DNA of 64,000 bases. It comes from Anaeramoeba ignava BMAN (lineage: Eukaryota > Protista > Anaeramoebae). Below, piece by piece: positions 57,001 through 64,000 of the stretch (positions are counted from its first letter, which is position 1; each line of letters begins with the position of its first letter). Where the stretch lies: NCBI GenBank assembly GCA_028826165.1, contig JAPDFW010000059.1, positions 1,302,001-1,366,000 of the forward strand, in the 5' to 3' direction. The translations under genes and the position numbers were made by a program. Below the pieces are notes generated by a model. The model saw only the letters and a program-made list of their open reading frames with translations. It searched no databases and was not told where the DNA came from.

Positions 57001-60000
57001 TGCAAAAAGCCTTTATTTTCTCATCAAATTTGGAAATCAATTTCCAACCAAAATTAGAAATTGAAGAAGATTTCAGCGAAAATTTAAACTGTGGAGACTT
57101 GATTGAAAAATCACATTTGCAATTCAAAGATATTTTAAATGACAAATCGGAGGAAACATTGAAAGAAATAACTCAAGAAGGATATTTTGCTTTTAATCTC
57201 GCTTCTCTCCAAAACATACATCTCAACAAAAGAAAGCGAATTGTCATTGAGGCGCTTAATTTCCAAGAGGAAACATTTACAAGAAGAATGTCTTTTTTTG
57301 AGAATATCGAAAATCAACAAGAATGGCTTCTAATTTGTTTGGATTATATCATTTCACACGGAAATGTATTTGAATTGAAACATTTTCTGAGTTATATTGA
57401 TGATAATTATGAGCTAAATTCAAAGGAAATTCAGGCAATACAACTTTATTTTTCAAGATTTGCGCCTCACTTCCTCAGAATATTATTTCAGAAATGGTTC
57501 TTCAAACTTTCATCAGTCATTTCTTACTCACAAAATTATCTTGATTTGCAATATCTCAAGCTACTTTGCTATCATTCTCTCATATTCTCAAATAACCAAA
57601 AGAAAATGGAAAAATTAAATCATTTCAGATTTAAAATACATCAATTATTTGTTAATTTGTGTATTGAAAATCAACTTATAAATGGTGTTTTATTATTAAT
57701 GAAGCATTCTCCCATTTCACAAGAATTGAAAAATCACTTAATTTCCTTCCTTTCAAAACAAACACAATCTCCTCATATTCAGTATTTAATACAAATAATC
57801 GAAGAAAAATTTGATTTGATATTACTTAATGATGCAAAACAAGAGATTTCTGATCTTTTGAATCAAAAATCTGGAGATTCAAAAGATCAGAAAGCAAAGC
57901 TCTTATTTGCATCATTTATTTTATCTCAAAACCCAAAATCACAAAGAGAAAAAGTATCCAAGATGATAGAGAAAAGCAAACAAAAAAAACTCATTTCTTT
58001 TTTCTGTACCAAATCTTTCCTTGAAAAATCAAAAAGAAACAAAATGAAAAATTCTCGAGAAAATCATCTTTTTACATCAAGAAATGACACTTCACTTTCT
58101 CAACTCATCAAGAAAATAAACTCTTTGGAAATTGATGAAATTCTATCCAAATCAAATCCTTTTGAAGAATTGAAATCATTTTCAAAACAAAAATTCGATA
58201 TCCCTTTTTATTTGATAAACACACAAACAATAAAAGCAATAAAAACAATTGTTATGAATCAAGAAAAATCGAAAATGGAAATTATTATGCAAAAATTATT
58301 GAAAGAAAATGAACAATTTTGGTTTCAAATTACATCCAGAATTTCCCATTTGAATTTACTTGATAACAAAGTTTTTTCTTGTTGTTTGTCGTTCATTTCC
58401 TTTTGTGGATTTTCTGAAGCTAAATTCATTGTAAATCACTCATCTTCCAAAATCATTTTTATCCATATTTATGCACAAGAAATTGATAAAGAATCCCCAA
58501 CAAAAAAAGAATACTCTTTTTCTCCAAAATGTGTTTCTTCATCAATTCAAAAAATTGCAAACTTATTTAAACCTTTACTCTTTAATGATTCAAAATCGTT
58601 CAAAAAACACAAATTTACCGTTTATGAAAAATTACTTCAAGCAAAGACTTGGATAGAAAAGAATAAGCAAAATATGGAACCGTTTATTGAAAATGGTTTA
58701 TTTTTGAGAAGCTTTTGTGATAAAGAAATTCTTGATAAAATTGTCAATAATTTCAGTAAAATTTATTCGATTGATTCACGAATATTTTCCAAAATGGGAA
58801 ATAAATATACAAGAAGTGATCTTGAAAATGTTTGCCAATCTCTTGATTTTATCAATAGAAATTCAGATTCAACAGTCAACCTTGAGGAAAATATACAAAA
58901 TGTAGTCTTGAAAGATCATATCAAAAGATTTCTTCCAGAATTATTCCCAAATTCCAAAACAATTGAGAAAACCTCAGTTCATAAACAAGATGATATTTCT
59001 TCATTTTCAGTCGAAAATATCATTAATTGGGCATTAAGAGAAAAGGATTCTACACAAATGCTTATAAAAAAGTATTGCTTCACATCAACCCATTTTATCA
59101 ACATTTGCACATGCTTCTTCTTCAAAAAAAGCTCAAAAATCATCAATATTTTTAATTTCTTATTTACTATCTTTTTTAGATAAATCTAAAAAAGAAAATA
59201 TAACCAATTTTTGGGAACAATATTCTTCAAAAATGGGGAATATTTCTATTCAATTAGATTCAGAATGTGCACTTTTCCCTTATTCATTTTTCAATTTGGA
59301 GAACGAAAATCAAAATCAAAATCAAAATCAAAATCAAAAATCAATTAAAAAATCAATTCAAAAATCAATTCAAAAATAATCTTTTTACAGAAGATGATCG
59401 TCTTCTTGTTTTGAAAAACATTATTCTTTTCGCAGTTATTGAACTCAAAATGACAAAGCTTATTGTTTCTGCATTTGAAATTTTTGATCATGGAAATGTA
59501 ATTATTGATTTTTTCCGATTTGTTCATGGATATTTACAGAGCAATAATACAATAGGAAATCGGAATAAAAAATTTATTGAGAATTTTGTTATACAAAGAA
59601 AAAAAGTGGAAAATGGTGAAACCAATTTTGGATTAATTGGAAATTATGATTGGATAAACAGCATCACTGATCAGATTCTTCATCATTTACTCACAAATTC
59701 ACATAAATATCAACTTCATCTCCTCATGAAATGCTTGAGTCAAGTCAAGTATAATGAAAATTATCGGATATACTTTATATTTGCAAATCTTCTTGGAGAT
59801 GTAAACAGTTTTGATTTTGAAACTTTCCAAAAATCACCAAAAGAAATTTGTAACAATTTTCTTGAAAAAAATGAATTTGGAAAAGCAAGAAAAGTATATC
59901 AAGCAATTAATAAACCACTTACACCCATTATAATTCACCAAATTGAATTCATTTTATCAGAAAACAAACAATCATGGAATCAAACATCTGAATATCACCA

Positions 60001-62242
60001 CAAACAAATTTTCCAAAGATGTTTTGATTTATTAAATAAATATTCATCAAACTACTTTGTCAATGCAGTATTTTTTCTGCAAAAACTTCATCTCTTCCAA
60101 AGTACTATTCAAGCAAGTGAAATTCAACAACTTTTGGAATATTTCTTGTTTTTCATTCAAAAATTTCATTCAAAAAACTTTCAATCTTCAAATTCTCCCT
60201 TTATAAATAGAATTGAAAGAGATATTCAAATGAGAATCACCATTTTCAAAGCAATCCAAAAAAATTCATCATTAAAAATACCAAGACTTATAATCAAAAT
60301 CCTTGCAGAAGATTTTCCATTTGAAAAAAAAATTGAAGAAAATCCGCCGGTTTTATTAAATAATGAAGAACTTCCGTTCTACTTTTTGGGGGATATTTTT
60401 GTCAAACAAAATGATATAGAAAATGAAATGATAATTGTTAAGCAAATAATAGAATATTTGATTGATGAAAACCAAGTGAAGCAAGCCGAAGAGATTTGCC
60501 AAGAAATATCCTGTAGTTTGGCGGATCTTGTTGTTATTAAAGCTTGTGAAAGAATTGCTCTTTGTTCACAAGATGAATATGTAGAGAATTTATTGATCAC
60601 AGAATTCCCAGAAGTCATGTCTCTTGTAGAAAAAGCTTATCCTCATCTTGACTTCTCTTTGATTACAACGGATGAACTTCTTGAAAAACTCAAAGATTTG
60701 CCAAATCATGGGAAAAAATACTGCCGAAAAATATCGACTGTGTATCATGTCTCGTTGCTTGTGTCTCGAGACTTCTTTGTTGTTGAACAAGCACCAGAAC
60801 TTGCTCTCCAACTTTTAATGCGCAAGTCTTCCAATTACAGTAATGAAATATCCAGATTTTCTAATGATGTTGGATTAAGTTGCACAAGACTCGCAACTAT
60901 TTTTGCGGATTTGTATTTTGAATCACTGATTTTTAGACGAGAAATCATGGGTATTTTGCTTGAAAAAGAAATGAAAGAAGAATCTCCTGATTCCAAAGAT
61001 GAAAACAAATATCAAGAAATTGACCAAATTTATTCAAAGGAATTAAACATCGAAATCAAAACAGAAAAAAATATACTTCGAGGAGTCGTTTCAGCTACTC
61101 ATACAACCCAAGAATTTATTAGATTTGCCCAGATAACTGGAGAGTTGTTAACTTTTACAAATGTTCTTATGCGCAATTTGCTCAATTTTATCTCACAAAA
61201 ACATGAGAATTTTGATCACAAAAGTGAAATTGAAGTTGAAATATTGATCAAATGTTTGGAATGTTTCCGTATTTCTTGCGATATGAATGGGATGAAGAAT
61301 AATATCAAGCTTATCAAGAAAAGATTGCCTATTTATATTCGTGAGCAAAAGCATCAGTTACTTTACTGGATTTTTCAGGAGTATGATCTCCCACAATTAG
61401 ATTTTTTACTCCATTTTTTTATTGAAGAAAAAAAATTAAAGAAAATTGTTCCTTTTTCTAGCAATTTCTCAAATAGTTTCTCCATACGTGCCTCAAGATA
61501 TTTACAGAAAAAGTTTTCACGCGAACCAAAGCTCATTTTGAATTTTTATTTGCACTTCTCAATGAAGAAAGAAATTGGGCATTTTCTTTCAAATGAAGCA
61601 CGACTTCTTCTGAATCAAATTAAATTTCCACAAATTTCTGAACAAGATCCATTGACAATTTTTGTCTCAGTCCAAGATATCCAAAAAATGGTTGAAGCAA
61701 GAAGTATTTTGCTGTTTTCTTCTCATGCCTTTTTGCATACAGAATTCCAACAGAAATTAATCCAAAATTTTATTCTTGATGATTTAATTTCAATCCAAAT
61801 TCTTGTAGGAGATTTGCAAATGATAAATATCAAGAAATCCAAAAAGAAAGACTTGCAAATATTGATGCAAAAAGCTCCAGATTTTTATACAAGTTTGGTT
61901 ATTTCAGAATTTTATAAACTTAATTCTTTAGAAAATTGGTCAAAAGCTCTATTTCATCATTTTTTCGTTGAAAAAGATTCTCGTTTTCTTTCTGAATATT
62001 TTAGTTATTTTATTTTGGATGAACCTCTTGTTAAAAAAATTGTAGAACTTTATCAATCTTTTTCAGATAAAAATTTAATTGTTCATCAAATGGAAGTTTT
62101 TGTTAGTTTTATTCAAGATATTGTTCTTGCTTTAAAAATTTCAAAAGAACTTCGTTTTTTCAATTTATTTGATAATTTAAAAAGTGTTTTACCTTTACAT
62201 TTAGTTAAAGAAGTAATTAAAAATGAGAAAGAAAAAAAGTGA
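54037..62242 (+). CDS. SPG11: Spatacsin (SPG11)-like protein, ~2700 aa; three apparent frameshifts (~55495, ~59068, ~59338)
   Basis: C-terminal EILIKCLECFRISCDMNGM and PDFYTSLVISEFYKL...WSKALFHHFFVEKDSRFLSEY match the Spatacsin_C pattern as I recall it. Size fits and three ORFs are contiguous. Confidence 0.7.
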
Positions 62243-62344
62243 AAGGAAAGAAAAGAAATTTTTATTTTTAGGGAAAAAAAAGTTCTATTTTTCTTCTTAC
62301 TTTTTTTTTCTAATTAATTGATTAACCAATTAATTAAAAATTTT

Positions 62345-63610
<1,266 letters not shown>

Positions 63611-63619
63611 CTTTTTTTT

Positions 63620-64000
63620 ATTTAAATATTAATATTGAAATAAATATTTAATTTTAAAATAAATATTTAATTTTGAAATAAATATTAATATTGAAATAAA
63701 TATTAATTTTGAAATAAATATTAATATTTAAAATAAATATTAATATTGAAATAAATATTATATTTGAAATAAATATTAATATTGAAATAAATATTAATAT
63801 TGAAATAAATATTTAATTTTAAAATAAATATTAATATTGAAATAAATAATAATATTTGAAATAAATATTAATTTTGAAATAAATATTAATTTTGAAATAA
63901 ATAATTAATTTTGAAATAAATATTAATATTGAAATAAATATTTAATTTTGAAATAAATATTAATTTTGAAATAAATATTTAATTTTGAAATAAATATTAA
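63620..64000. repeat. Helicase intron filled with 18-bp repeat (AATATTAATATTGAAATA)n
   Basis: Visible tandem copies to the window end. Confidence 0.88.

Noticed and set aside
2340-59340. Programmed frameshifting or an alternative genetic code to explain split ORFs
   Set aside because: Breaks are mostly single-base indels in homopolymers or short repeats at non-conserved positions, typical of long-read assembly error. Intact genes end in normal TAA/TGA/TAG with no in-frame stops.

Overview
Very AT-rich eukaryotic (protist) genomic DNA with GT-AG introns, standard genetic code and a TCATTTTT initiator-like motif just upstream of most ATGs. The gene families suggest an anaerobic metamonad such as Anaeramoeba (inference, not verified). 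The first ~37 kb is an accessory cluster of BTB-domain (putative Cullin-3 adaptor) genes: eight close RCC1-BTB-BTB paralogues or fragments, one divergent RCC1-BTB gene, two ankyrin-BTB genes and three BTB-TLDc genes (a fourth lies at 48-50.5 kb). Also here are a CS/SEL1 gene, a secreted beta-propeller-like protein and a bacterial-type lysA. The right part holds a giant coiled-coil protein with a possible PACT domain, GlnRS, Vps16, a spatacsin/SPG11 homologue and a Dbp8/DDX49 helicase. The standout, largely missed by the ORF track, is an ankyrin-BTB gene at 22172-24394 with 16 exons. Every ankyrin-repeat junction contains two consecutive 3-nt (single-codon) microexons, ten in total, each flanked by short phase-0 GT-AG introns. 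They encode exactly the two variable beta-hairpin residues of the ankyrin binding surface. Other observations: mosaic RCC1 paralogues on a constant BTB-BTB module, and housekeeping-gene introns each filled by its own micro/minisatellite. Many single-base frameshifts fall in homopolymers and may be assembly errors.
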